From assembly GCA_963555775.3 (NCBI GenBank), contig CAUVWY020000005.1, forward strand, positions 332,855 through 396,854: 64,000 bases of DNA. Reading direction: 5' to 3'. Shown in pieces: positions 23,467 through 33,456 of the stretch; the stretch's first letter is position 1, and every line of letters begins with the position of its first letter. Source of the stretch: Terriglobia bacterium (GTDB lineage: Bacteria > Acidobacteriota > Terriglobia > 20CM-2-55-15). Under the pieces are notes generated by a model. The model was not told the DNA's origin. It saw only the letters and a program-made list of their open reading frames with translations, and ran no database searches. A program made the position numbers and the translations under genes.

Positions 23467-23524
23467 AATCGGTAATCGAACCCTCGGCATTGTTCTTTGG
23501 TCATTGTCCATTCGATGGACAGCG

Positions 23525-24355
23525 TCATTGCCAGAGCGTGAATCTCCGTGTCGTGCCGATGACAAAACCCACTCGGTGATCCACGCCGGTCAATCCCGCG
23601 GTCAATCCCGCGTCCCATCTCATGCCAAGAGCTTCCCACTGAATCCCTATCCTTGTCTGTGCCCGATCTTCGCCGCCGCGGGTGGGATAGGACTGCGGGT
23701 TGGTCAGACCGTTGATCTCCGCCGCAACGTGCACACGTTCGGAAACTGAAACGATCGCCGCGATACCGTAGGTCATGACATCCTGTTGCGCCGCGGCGCG
23801 CTCAGCATCGTCCAGAATGCCCAGCCCGATGTTGCCGAAGATATAGGCCGGTCCGGCGGACTTGCCGACGAGGATCTCCGCAAAGAAATGCGTACCGTCG
23901 GTGCCCAATCCGTCTTCGTTGCTCGCGTTGGGCAACACCACCGTGGGCTGGAAACTCACGTCGGGGCGCCTTCCCGACCCGGTCAGGAGCGCTATCTTCG
24001 TCGAGATCTCGCCGTCACCCCAGTCCGCGCGCAACCCGTCCCCGCCTTCGGTGAGCCAGACGTTGTTCCGCAGCGTCCCCCGCATCTGGAATTCAGCGCG
24101 CCCGAACCCGAAATGAGCGCCGCCATCGAGAATGGACAACTGGTTTCCACCCAGGCCGGTCACCGGGAACCGGGCTCGGTTGAAGTAACCGATACCGTTC
24201 TCCAACTCCATCGCACCTTCGGGTATGAGCCGTGGATCTTCAGTCAACAATGGTCTTTGTTGACCGCGCACGGGCGCCGGATTCCATAACGCGGCGGCAA
24301 GACATACGCACGCGCAGGTAAGGATCTTCGTGACTTTCACGCTATAGAATTCCAA
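23525..24355 (-). CDS. Hypothetical exported/outer-membrane beta-barrel-like protein
   Basis: Signal peptide, QQRPLLTEDP start, alternating beta-strand pattern, aromatic C-terminus. Confidence 0.65.
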   Translation of the reverse strand: MEFYSVKVTKILTCACVCLAAALWNPAPVRGQQRPLLTEDPRLIPEGAMELENGIGYFNRARFPVTGLGGNQLSILDGGAHFGFGRAEFQMRGTLRNNVWLTEGGDGLRADWGDGEISTKIALLTGSGRRPDVSFQPTVVLPNASNEDGLGTDGTHFFAEILVGKSAGPAYIFGNIGLGILDDAERAAAQQDVMTYGIAAIVSVSERVHVAAEINGLTNPQSYPTRGGEDRAQTRIGIQWEALGMRWDAGLTAGLTGVDHRVGFVIGTTRRFTLWQ

Positions 24356-25043
24356 GTTGCCGCGCGATCAAAGCCGGGGCAACGATTGCCGCCGTCTCGG
24401 CGCGCAGGATGTGTGAGCCAAGCCGAACGGAACGAAACCCGGCCGCGGAGGCGGCTTCGACTTCATCGTCGGTCCATCCGCCTTCCGGACCGATGAGATA
24501 CAGCACCGGCGCGCCCTGGACTGCGGAATCCAATTGCCCTTCCCGCCCTTCGGTAAAGATGATCTTCGAACGGGCATCGGACCGGATTACACCCTCGAAG
24601 TCCGTCACCGGATCGAGCCGCGGAAGATGATAACGCTTCGACTGTTTGGAGGCCTCGACAATGATCTTCTTCCAACGCGCGGCGCGCCCATGCCCCCGGT
24701 CGTTCGACCTGTGGGCCCGGAACGGAATAATCCGCGTCACGCCGATCTCGACGGCTTTTTCCAGAACGCGTTCGAAGACGGCGTTCCTGATCAGACTCTG
24801 GCCCCAGGCAAGTTCGGTTTCAGGCGCCGGGACAAAACGTTCGTCCAAGATGCGAAATCGCGTTTCGGCCCGGCCGCCTCCAACCATCTCGCCGGTCCAC
24901 ACCCGACCCGCTCCGTCGAACAGTTCGACGCGCTCGCCGGGCACTGTTCGGGATACACGCAAATGCCGGTGCTCATCGCCTGTCACGCGAACCAGATCGT
25001 CGCGAATTTCAAGGCCGGGCCAATATACCGACTTGATTGCCAT
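24342..25043 (-). CDS. rsmE: 16S rRNA m3U1498 methyltransferase
   Basis: EKAVEIGV, EASKQSKR, IGPEGGW, LGSHILRAETA. Confidence 0.95.
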   Translation of the reverse strand: MAIKSVYWPGLEIRDDLVRVTGDEHRHLRVSRTVPGERVELFDGAGRVWTGEMVGGGRAETRFRILDERFVPAPETELAWGQSLIRNAVFERVLEKAVEIGVTRIIPFRAHRSNDRGHGRAARWKKIIVEASKQSKRYHLPRLDPVTDFEGVIRSDARSKIIFTEGREGQLDSAVQGAPVLYLIGPEGGWTDDEVEAASAAGFRSVRLGSHILRAETAAIVAPALIARQLGIL

Positions 25044-25136
25044 TGCTCACCGGCACGGCAGGGCTGGCGGATACGACCTCGATCGCGTCATCAATTCTTC
25101 GAAAACCAAGAGTGATGGCGGCTTGCGGGACACGCA

Positions 25137-26249
25137 TCAACCGAAGATGTCCTTGACCTTCTCCAGGATCTTCTTCTGAATTGGGTGATTTTCGGTGTTT
25201 TCGGTATCGGCCAATTTCGAAATGATCTCGCGCTGCGCCTTCGTGAGCTTTCGGGGCACCTCGACGCTGACGTTGACGTAGAGATCGCCGACACCGCGGC
25301 CGTCGGTGCGGGTTATACCGGCGCCTCGAATCCTGAACACCGTGTCGGGCTGAGTACCGGCCGGAATCTTCACTACCTCTTCGTCGACCAGGGTCGGAAC
25401 ATCGATCCTGGTGCCCAGCGCGGCTTGCGCAAACGAAATAGGAATTTGACAGTAAAGATCGTCGTCGCGACGTTCGAAAAACTCGTGGTCGGCAACATGG
25501 ATGATAACGTAGAGGTCTCCCGGACGCCCCCCGCGACCACCGGCATCGCCTTCGCCCGTGAAGCGCAGGCGCGAACCCGTGTCGACTCCAGGCGGGATCG
25601 TGAGCTCGAGGGTCTTTTCCTTCGCGATACGTCCATCCCCGTGACACTTCTTGCAAGGATCTGTGATCAGATTGCCGCTTCCATGACACGAGTTGCACGT
25701 CCGTGTGATCGAAAAGAAACCCTGTTGATACCGGACCTGTCCGTGTCCGTTGCAGGTGGAACAGGTGGTGGGGCCCTTCCCGCGTGCAACCCCGTTACCG
25801 CCGCATTCAGTGCAACCCTCATGGCGAGGCACCTTGATTCGAGTCTTTCTCCCGAATGCCGCCTCCTCGAAACTCAACTCCAGGTCGTAGCGAAGATCGG
25901 CGCCTCGATTGGCCGCGGGTCCGCCGCGCCGGGATCCACCGCCGAACAAATCGCCAAGAATATCGCTGAAATCCGAAAACACGCTGGGATCGAATCCCGC
26001 ACCGGGCCGACCCGTGGCCCCGGCGACGCCGGCATGGCCGAAACGGTCGTACTGGCTTCGCTTCTGTGCATCGCTCAGCACGGCATAGGCATCGGCAGCT
26101 TCCTTGAACCTTTCTTCGGCCTCGGTATCTCCGGGATTGCGGTCGGGGTGGTACTTGAGAGCGAGTTTGCGGTAGGCGCGCTTGATGTCCTGCTCGGATG
26201 CGCCGCGGGATACGCCCATGACTTCGTAGTAATCGCGGATTGAGCTCAC
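25137..26249 (-). CDS. dnaJ: Chaperone DnaJ
   Basis: J-domain HPD, four CxxCxGxG repeats; GTG start inferred. Confidence 0.98.
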   Translation of the reverse strand: MSSIRDYYEVMGVSRGASEQDIKRAYRKLALKYHPDRNPGDTEAEERFKEAADAYAVLSDAQKRSQYDRFGHAGVAGATGRPGAGFDPSVFSDFSDILGDLFGGGSRRGGPAANRGADLRYDLELSFEEAAFGRKTRIKVPRHEGCTECGGNGVARGKGPTTCSTCNGHGQVRYQQGFFSITRTCNSCHGSGNLITDPCKKCHGDGRIAKEKTLELTIPPGVDTGSRLRFTGEGDAGGRGGRPGDLYVIIHVADHEFFERRDDDLYCQIPISFAQAALGTRIDVPTLVDEEVVKIPAGTQPDTVFRIRGAGITRTDGRGVGDLYVNVSVEVPRKLTKAQREIISKLADTENTENHPIQKKILEKVKDIFG

Positions 26250-26259
26250 AAGGCGTTCC

Positions 26260-26823
26260 TCAATTGCCACCATCCACACCGGCTGCCTCGGATACGGTCA
26301 CCATGGTGGGACGCAACAGTTTTCCGCGGAGCATGTAACCCCGGCGGAGGTCCGCCAGCACCATGCCTTCGCCGACGCCTTCGGGCGCGGGCTGGGTGCT
26401 GACAGCTTCATGAAAGTTGGGATCGAAGGGCTTGCCTTCGGCATCGATCACTTCAAGTCCCCCGCGCGACAGGCTGTCGACCAATTGCTTGTAAATCAAC
26501 TCGAAGCCCTTGTAGCTGGCCGCGGCCTCGGCATCGCCCAATTTCAAGGCGAGTTCGAACGAGTCGAGAACGTTAAGCATCTCGCGCATCACTTCCGCCG
26601 TCGCGTACTGGACGAAATCGGACCGCTCCCGCTCGGTTCGCTTCCTGAAATTTTCGAACTCGGCTTGCTTGCGAAGCAGAAGATCCTTGAGTTCGTCTCG
26701 TTCCCGTGTCAGTTCATCGATGCCTTCCGGCACCTCGAGCGCATCGGGTTCGGTCGGCATTTCGACGATGCCGTCCGACTCGGACTCCATCGCCATTTCC
26801 TGGTTTTCGAGCTTTTCTGCCAT
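26260..26823 (-). CDS. grpE: Nucleotide exchange factor GrpE
   Basis: [23 protein letters not shown]...LLRP.MV.V. Confidence 0.97.
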   Translation of the reverse strand: MAEKLENQEMAMESESDGIVEMPTEPDALEVPEGIDELTRERDELKDLLLRKQAEFENFRKRTERERSDFVQYATAEVMREMLNVLDSFELALKLGDAEAAASYKGFELIYKQLVDSLSRGGLEVIDAEGKPFDPNFHEAVSTQPAPEGVGEGMVLADLRRGYMLRGKLLRPTMVTVSEAAGVDGGN

Positions 26824-26928
26824 CGTTTCCTGAAAGGTGTTCCTGTTTGGGCGGTATTCAACAACTGGACCGATCAAACATTATAGCAGGGGAAAAACAG
26901 GTGAGGGAACGTAGAGCGTTGGACGCCC

Positions 26929-28011
26929 TCAGGCATTGATCATGCGTCCGCAAACCCCGGCGAGATAGCTGACAACGGAAATACTTTTCCGGTATTCCAT
27001 CCGGGTCGGCCCGATGATACCCATGAAGCCGGTAGAGGATTCCCGGCGCAGGTACGGAGAGGTGATGACCGTGAATCCCGCCAGGCAGGGATCGCCCAAC
27101 TCGGAACCGATCATGATCTGGACGCCGTCGTCGGATTCCGATCGCAGGCACTCGTTCAGAATCTTCACCAACCGGCCCTTCTCTTCAAGAACCCTGAACA
27201 GTTCCTGCATTCTGGACACGTCGAAAGGTTCCGCGTTCGACAGGATGTTTCCCGTGCCATGGACATAGACCGAGTTGGCCGCGGAATCCGTCTCATCGAG
27301 CGTCTCGCTCCAGGATTCGATCAGGTCCCGCATCATTTTTTCGTACCTGTCGTGATGCCTGTTGTACTGCTTGCGATCTTCCTCCATGAGACGAACAAGC
27401 TCCCGGCGAATTTCGGGCAACGTGCTGCCTGAAAACTGTTCCACGAGGTAATTTCCGGCGCGAACCAATTCGTCGTGACTGTACCGCACGTTGACACGAA
27501 TGACCTTCTGCTGGACCAGGCCGGATTGCGACACCAGGATCACCAGGATTTTGGCGTCATCCAGCCGAACGAACTCGATGTGCTGAAGCACGCTGAGATC
27601 GATCGGCGCGGAGACGACGATGCCCACATGGTTGCAGATGTCGGACAGCAGACAGCACGCCGTCGACATCAACTCGTCGGTAGTGCTGGCCCGGGCCAGC
27701 TTGTCGTTGATGTATTCCTCGGCCGAAGGAGTGGGCTTGGGCGAACTGCCAAGGCAATCGACGTAAAACCGGTAAGCTTTTTCGGAAGGCACGCGGCCCG
27801 CGGAAGTATGCGGCTGACTTAGATAGCCGGCGTCTTCAAGGTCGGACATGATATTGCGGATCGTTGCGGGAGACAGACGGCGATCGATGGTTTTGGAAAT
27901 GGTGCGCGAGCCCACTGGTTCACCCGACTGGATGTACAACCCCACCACGAGCTTCAGGATTTCGCTTTCCCGATCCTCGACTTCGCCGATTCGTGACCTG
28001 GCAACCATCAT
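26929..28011 (-). CDS. hrcA: Heat-inducible transcription repressor HrcA
   Basis: GEPVGSRT, SPATIRNIMSDLE..GYL.QPHTSAGRVP, GIIGPTRMEY. Confidence 0.97.
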   Translation of the reverse strand: MMVARSRIGEVEDRESEILKLVVGLYIQSGEPVGSRTISKTIDRRLSPATIRNIMSDLEDAGYLSQPHTSAGRVPSEKAYRFYVDCLGSSPKPTPSAEEYINDKLARASTTDELMSTACCLLSDICNHVGIVVSAPIDLSVLQHIEFVRLDDAKILVILVSQSGLVQQKVIRVNVRYSHDELVRAGNYLVEQFSGSTLPEIRRELVRLMEEDRKQYNRHHDRYEKMMRDLIESWSETLDETDSAANSVYVHGTGNILSNAEPFDVSRMQELFRVLEEKGRLVKILNECLRSESDDGVQIMIGSELGDPCLAGFTVITSPYLRRESSTGFMGIIGPTRMEYRKSISVVSYLAGVCGRMINA

Positions 28012-28014
28012 GCA

Positions 28015-28043
28015 CCTATAACATCAGGGTCGGTGGGTGTCAA
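28015..28043 (-). promoter_or_regulatory. sigma70 promoter of hrcA (probably leaderless transcript)
   Basis: TTGACA-17nt-TATAGG; ATG at 28008 lies 6 nt downstream. Confidence 0.65.
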
Positions 28044-28151
28044 ACCGTGTCAGGGTTCCCCTATGCGGGCGGGGCCGCGAGCACACCGCCTTCGGAATCC
28101 CCTGTTTTGCCCGCCAGCATGGTGAAACCGTCGATTGGCGGCAACCCACGT

Positions 28152-28895
28152 CTACGAACTGAAATCGCGCACGCGGAATCGCACATCGAAACATTCCGAA
28201 AAAGCCTGCACGAAAACGTCCCTGATCGCGTCGCGCGCCGGCCGGTCGGGAAGACACTCGGCCAAACCCGCCATCTCGTCGTCCAGGATGTCGCTTCCCA
28301 CCATCCGGGTCGCACCTGCCAGAAGCTCCCGGTCGCAAGTGATCGGCATCGAGCCGTGCTGCAGAAAACTCCGGCGCAGCCGGCGTTGCGCGCTTCCGGC
28401 AATCTTGCGTCCCCCGCACATCAACTCGTATCGCGACGGAGAAACAAAACACGGGTCTTCGAGACCATCGGGAGATCCCGTCGGCCGCTTCGTGTCCGGC
28501 GCAAGGACCGCATCGACTCCCAGTCGGCGATAACCGGCCATGAGCGCTTCGGAGATCCTGCGATAGGTTCCATACACGGAACCTCCGTCGAACTGCGCGG
28601 GATCGTTGGACGCAACCGCGTACGTCAGTTCGTCGTCGTGCAATACGGCGCGTCCGCCGGTGGGGCGGTGGACGACGTCCATGCCTTGCCGGCTGCAGAA
28701 GTCCAGGTCGACCGCCCTTTCCCTTTTCTGATTGCGGCCGAGCGATACAGTCGGCCGGTTCCAGGAGTAGAAGCGAAGAATCGTCAGCGGGGAGTCCGAC
28801 GCTTCGACCTCGGCAAGCAACCGCTCGTCCACGACCATGTTCGTCTTGCCGTCGAGCGGAGGATCGAGAATGAGGTCCCAGGCACGGTTCGTCAT
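28152..28895 (-). CDS. Lipoate-protein ligase A / LipM-family protein
   Basis: LRFYSW..PTVSLG..Q, RPTGGRAVLHD.ELTY, RKIAGSAQ, LQHGS. Confidence 0.92.
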   Translation of the reverse strand: MTNRAWDLILDPPLDGKTNMVVDERLLAEVEASDSPLTILRFYSWNRPTVSLGRNQKRERAVDLDFCSRQGMDVVHRPTGGRAVLHDDELTYAVASNDPAQFDGGSVYGTYRRISEALMAGYRRLGVDAVLAPDTKRPTGSPDGLEDPCFVSPSRYELMCGGRKIAGSAQRRLRRSFLQHGSMPITCDRELLAGATRMVGSDILDDEMAGLAECLPDRPARDAIRDVFVQAFSECFDVRFRVRDFSS

Positions 28896-28904
28896 AACAC
28901 AAAC

Positions 28905-28928
28905 AAGGGGCGCCCGGAGGCGCCCCTT
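28905..28928 (-). terminator. Intrinsic terminator after the DegP-like gene
   Basis: AAGGGGCGCC-CGGA-GGCGCCCCTT with T-rich tail on the minus strand. Confidence 0.6.
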
Positions 28929-28953
28929 CGTCAGGTCAAAAAACAGGCTGTCA

Positions 28954-30447
28954 TTATGGAATCGTGGCGGGCAGATAGGTCTGCACCAGTGTGTTGTCCT
29001 GTTCCCTGAGGGTGTGCACCCGGAACGCCACTATCATTCCCGACTCCAGGGATTGCGCGGCGAGGCTGAAATCATCGACGCTGCCGATTTCGAAACGTCG
29101 GCCGGCGGCGACAAATTCCGAAATGACCATGTTTCGCCGCAAGCCCGCCTGGTCGGCCACGCTACCCGGTTCAGCCGAGACGACCATCACTCCTTCAAGG
29201 TCCCCGATTCCCAGCAATGAACGCAACTGAGAGGTCACCGGGGCCACCCGCACACCAAGGCGGGTGGGCACGATATCGATGGCCCGGTCGGGGGCCGGTG
29301 AAGGCTCGCGGTCAAAGCGTGCCGCCAGTCCCTCGGCGCGGTCGGCAACCCTGACGTTGAGCGTCAGTTCCTCACCCTCGCGCATGACCCGCACAGGGAT
29401 CGTATCCCCAACGGTCTGGCTGGCTACGGCCAACAGCAGAGCGGTATTGTCGGGTGTGGGATTTCCGTTGACGTCCACGATGACGTCGCCCACCTGCATC
29501 CCGGCCTGGTCGGACGGTCCGCCAAGCGTCACCTCATCCACTACAACGCCTTCTTCCACGCCGAAGGCCAGAGAGGCGTCGACGCCCGGATTCATCGAAA
29601 TCCCGATAAATCCGCGGCGTACACTGCCCGTTGCGACGATCTGGTTGTAGACGTCGACAACGACGTTCGACGGCATCGCGAAACCGATTCCTGAAAATTG
29701 CCGCGTCCCGGAGACAATCGCGGTATTCACGCCGATCACTTCCCCGGCCATGTTCACCAATGGTCCGCCGCTGTTTCCGGGATTGATTGCCGCATCGGTC
29801 TGAATAAAGCGCTGGAACGGTTGCCTACCGGCGTCCCGTCCCTTGGCGCTGATGATGCCCGCCGTCAGACTCTGCTCGTATCCGAACGGGCTCCCCAGGG
29901 CCAGAACCCAGTCACCGATGCTCGTGGCATCGGAATTGCCCATGGGCACGGTTGGGAGCCCATCCGCTTCGATCTTGATGACGGCCAGGTCGGTCTCCTC
30001 ATCGGTGCCCACAACCGTGGCTTCGTACTCGCTTCCGTCGGGTCGCTGGACGACGATGCTCAAGGCGTTGTCAATGACATGGTTGTTCGTGATGATGTAG
30101 CCATCGGCATCCACAATGAATCCGGAACCAGTACTCCGGCGCGGGGTGGTTTCCGGGTCGGGGATGTCGGGATTGAGACCGAACGGATTGCCGCCGAAAA
30201 AATCGAAGAATTGATCCGAAATGTCGTTCTCGACCTCGGTCTCGACTTCGATATTGACCACGGTGGGTCCCAACACCTCGGCGATCGCCGCAAAACCGTT
30301 CGACAGCGCGACAGGGTCGGGAATGACCAGGGGCGCGGGGCCTTCCTGAGTCGCTGTCGCCCGTTCGGATACGACGGTCCCGATCGCCACTCCCATCGCG
30401 AGGGTCAACGCGATCAAGCCGAAATAAAGTAGTCGTGGTTGTTGCAT
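28954..30447 (-). CDS. DegP/Do-family serine endoprotease with two PDZ domains
   Basis: GSGFI, TNNHV, DLAVIK, QTDAAINPGNSGGPL. Confidence 0.95.
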   Translation of the reverse strand: MQQPRLLYFGLIALTLAMGVAIGTVVSERATATQEGPAPLVIPDPVALSNGFAAIAEVLGPTVVNIEVETEVENDISDQFFDFFGGNPFGLNPDIPDPETTPRRSTGSGFIVDADGYIITNNHVIDNALSIVVQRPDGSEYEATVVGTDEETDLAVIKIEADGLPTVPMGNSDATSIGDWVLALGSPFGYEQSLTAGIISAKGRDAGRQPFQRFIQTDAAINPGNSGGPLVNMAGEVIGVNTAIVSGTRQFSGIGFAMPSNVVVDVYNQIVATGSVRRGFIGISMNPGVDASLAFGVEEGVVVDEVTLGGPSDQAGMQVGDVIVDVNGNPTPDNTALLLAVASQTVGDTIPVRVMREGEELTLNVRVADRAEGLAARFDREPSPAPDRAIDIVPTRLGVRVAPVTSQLRSLLGIGDLEGVMVVSAEPGSVADQAGLRRNMVISEFVAAGRRFEIGSVDDFSLAAQSLESGMIVAFRVHTLREQDNTLVQTYLPATIP

Positions 30448-30563
30448 GGCTTCATACCCTCAGTTTCATCGAATTCGGTAACGGCGATTATATGCCACGA
30501 GTAGTTGGACGGGCCAATTTCGGAATCGTAGCGTCATTTGCATCCCGGAATGGCTCCGGGCTG

Positions 30564-31742
30564 TCAATGCCGGGGAACCGGCGCCTGGACACCCTTCAAT
30601 CGGGCTTCCGCCAGGGCCAATGTCTCTTCACTCTTGCAAAACGTAAAACGAATCAGATCGCGCCCCGATTCGGGGTTCTTGAAGAAGCTGCTACCCGGAA
30701 CAGCGGCAACGCCAATTTTTTCGATCAGGTAGCGGCAAAAATCGACATCGCTGGGGATGTCCCGGTTCGAAATCCCGCACATCAAATAATAAGCGCCTTC
30801 GGGGACCATGACATCGAAACCCGCTTCACGGAGAATTCCGATCAGGCGGTCGCGGCGGACCGTGTAGTCGGCGGCCAGCTTGCGGTAATACACTTCGGGA
30901 AGCCCAACCGCGACGGCGCCGGCATCCTGGAGCGGCGCGGCGGCGCCGACCGTCAGAAAATCGTGCATCTTCCGGATCGAATCGCTCAGATGCGGCGCGG
31001 CGATCACCCATCCCACGCGCCAACCCGTCACGCTGTACGATTTGGAAAGGCTGTTGACCACGACCGTGCGGTCGCGCATTCCATCGACCGTAATGATCGA
31101 GACATGTTTGCGGCCGTCATAAAGGATGTGTTCGTAGATTTCGTCGGTAATGGCCAGGGCATTCCACTTCTGGCAGTTCCAGGCGATTTGCTCAAGTTCT
31201 TCGATCGTGAACACCTTGCCCGTCGGGTTGTTCGGCGTGTTAATGATGATGGCCTTGGTACGGTCGTTGAACGCGGCCGCGAGTTCAGCGGGATCGAACG
31301 ACCAGTCCGGACGCCGTAACTCGACATATCGAGCCTTCGCCCCGGAGATGATCGTGTCCGGACCGTAGTTTTCGTAGAACGGTTCGAAGATGATGACCTC
31401 GTCGCCGAGGTTGATCAGTCCGAGCATCGATGCCACCATCCCCTCGGTGGAACCGCACACCACGGTGATCTCCCGTTCGGGATCGACATCGATCCCGAGG
31501 AAACGTCGAGTCTTGCTTGCCAACGCATCGCGGAACTTCTTGGCGCCCCATGTGAGGGTGTATTGGTTGATGTCGGCGAAGATGGCATCGGATGCGGCCT
31601 GCTTGAGCATTTCCGGCGCCGGAAAATCGGGATACCCCTGGGACAGGTTGATCGCGCCATGCTCGAACGCCAGGCGCGTCATCTCGCGGATGACGGACTC
31701 GGTAAAACGATCGGTTTTGTCGGATGTCAGCTTTTTGGGCAT
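30564..31742 (-). CDS. PLP-dependent aminotransferase class I/II
   Basis: INLSQGYPD, NTPNNPTG, DEIYE, SLSKSYSVTGWRVG. Confidence 0.95.
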   Translation of the reverse strand: MPKKLTSDKTDRFTESVIREMTRLAFEHGAINLSQGYPDFPAPEMLKQAASDAIFADINQYTLTWGAKKFRDALASKTRRFLGIDVDPEREITVVCGSTEGMVASMLGLINLGDEVIIFEPFYENYGPDTIISGAKARYVELRRPDWSFDPAELAAAFNDRTKAIIINTPNNPTGKVFTIEELEQIAWNCQKWNALAITDEIYEHILYDGRKHVSIITVDGMRDRTVVVNSLSKSYSVTGWRVGWVIAAPHLSDSIRKMHDFLTVGAAAPLQDAGAVAVGLPEVYYRKLAADYTVRRDRLIGILREAGFDVMVPEGAYYLMCGISNRDIPSDVDFCRYLIEKIGVAAVPGSSFFKNPESGRDLIRFTFCKSEETLALAEARLKGVQAPVPRH

Positions 31743-31768
31743 GAAGATTTTTTCGACATGAAGCCAGA

Positions 31769-32635
31769 TCAGGCGTTAGCCACGGGGCCCGGATAGTCCG
31801 CACCCAACCGCGAAGCCGTGTTGCCGGCAAGGCTCCGGACGACTTCTTCGTGAAAGTAGTCCCGGTCCGGCGGTGAGGACAGTTGCCGATCATAGGTAGC
31901 CCGGCCTTCATCGATTCCCTTCCGGAAGCGTCGGTAGAGATCGGAGTGAAGCCGCCCATCGAGAATTTCGGTCTCGTGTCCCAAGGCGATCCCCGAAACG
32001 ATGGCCTGCGCCAACTGCCGCGGTCCCGCATCGGCCGGAGCGGGTGGTTCCGGCGCCGCTTTTTCGACCGGCGTCAAGAGCAATGCATCGGAATCGCTAT
32101 CCGCCAGAAAGCGCAGGCGCAAGCCAAAGTTCTCGATGGCGCGCCTCAACGCGTCGGCCATGATGGCCAATGACTCGAGGTCGGACGGTCCGGCCGCCCC
32201 CACCCCGGCCACAATCCTGCCGCGGACGACGACGCGCGAGAAGAACCAATCCAGGTCGATCGTCTCGTCGTCGACCGCTTCGGGAAAGACGCCGGACTCG
32301 CCATCGAAACCCCATAGAGTCAGACCGTCATTCTTGTTCAGATATACGGCGGAACTCTCGGCAAACCGGACGGCGGTACGTAGGAACTGGCGAAGAATCT
32401 GCGATTGCGAAGTTGCTTCGCCGATCTTCTGCTGATATTCGGCGAGGGCTCTCCAGCGCCGGGTTTCCTCGTCCAGAAGGGCCTTTCGAAGTCGCTCGGT
32501 CGTTTCCGCCTCGATGGACTCGCGAAAATCCTGGAACATCCTGCCGAGTTCGTCCGATAGCGCAGGCTCGGCCGCATTCAGAAGACGATCCGCGGAAAAT
32601 CTGGTATCGCTGGACTCGGAAGGCTGGGCGGACAC
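31769..32635 (-). CDS. Hypothetical protein (coiled-coil, degenerate GAF-like middle, DYFHEEVVR.LA C-terminal motif)
   Basis: Long ORF with GGAGG RBS and upstream TATAAT; C-terminal motif recalled from acidobacterial hypotheticals. Confidence 0.7.
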   Translation of the reverse strand: MSAQPSESSDTRFSADRLLNAAEPALSDELGRMFQDFRESIEAETTERLRKALLDEETRRWRALAEYQQKIGEATSQSQILRQFLRTAVRFAESSAVYLNKNDGLTLWGFDGESGVFPEAVDDETIDLDWFFSRVVVRGRIVAGVGAAGPSDLESLAIMADALRRAIENFGLRLRFLADSDSDALLLTPVEKAAPEPPAPADAGPRQLAQAIVSGIALGHETEILDGRLHSDLYRRFRKGIDEGRATYDRQLSSPPDRDYFHEEVVRSLAGNTASRLGADYPGPVANA

Positions 32636-32952
32636 GTGGACTACCTCCGGCGAAAGCGTGGATTATAGCATGAGGAAACGCGTAAACCCTGCCGGGGCAG
32701 GCACTTGATTGGCATTGGTCGACGGGGGATTCAGGTAGCTCGATTGCCGGATCGGAAACCGGGAACATGCGCCTTCGGAACAATCTGGAATGCGGCAATC
32801 CGAAGATCTCCAATTTCCGATGCCATCTTCAATGAATAGACAACCTGCCGCATTGGGTAGATAGCACTCGGCGTTGGTTTGACAGTCTTCAGCGGAGGCC
32901 TGTACATTGAATGTGAACTGCTGAAACGTTTGTTCGTGGAACATTCTTGCCA

Positions 32953-33302
32953 GGGGGCGTCCTGGATTCGACGGATGCGATGATGCAGGAGATGCATACC
33001 GAGGCCCGTGCTCCTCGTTAAAAACATGGAAAACAATCAAACGCTGACAATCAGTTAGCACTGGCCGCCTAACACCGGCCAGCGTCCCCGGTCGATTCGC
33101 CTGTAGGTTGGCCGACGGACGTCATTCATGCAGGATGGCTTTCCGTTGCTGGCCCGGCGGCGGAGGCGAGATCAACGGGCTGGTGTTTCGACCGGGTTGC
33201 AGGTGCCTTCGGGTCGAGGCATGAGACAAACAGGAACCTGACAAGTATGTAGATTCTTCTGTTGAACGTATTCGGACGCGGGTTCGATTCCCGCCGCCTC
33301 CA
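32953..33302 (+). ncRNA. ssrA: tmRNA
   Basis: 5' GGGGGCG pairs with 3' CGCCTCC-A (G3:U alanine identity), T-arm GCGGGTTCGATTCCCGC, tag ORF ADNQLALAA* at 33043-33072. Confidence 0.95.
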
Positions 33303-33456
33303 TCATTTCTTCTTGTCCAAGTGGCGCCCGTAGAGTCCCAATAAAACCATTAGACTAATGGTTTTATTGGACTTAATCGTTAAATTGAGGCTTGTAACGT
33401 TCGTTCTATTCCCAAAATATCCCTGATAGAACGTTGGAAATAACGTGGGATAAGAC

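Noticed and set aside
32862-32888. CIRCE element
   Set aside because: Only one half-site (TAGCACTC); the second arm after 9 nt does not match GAGTGCTAA
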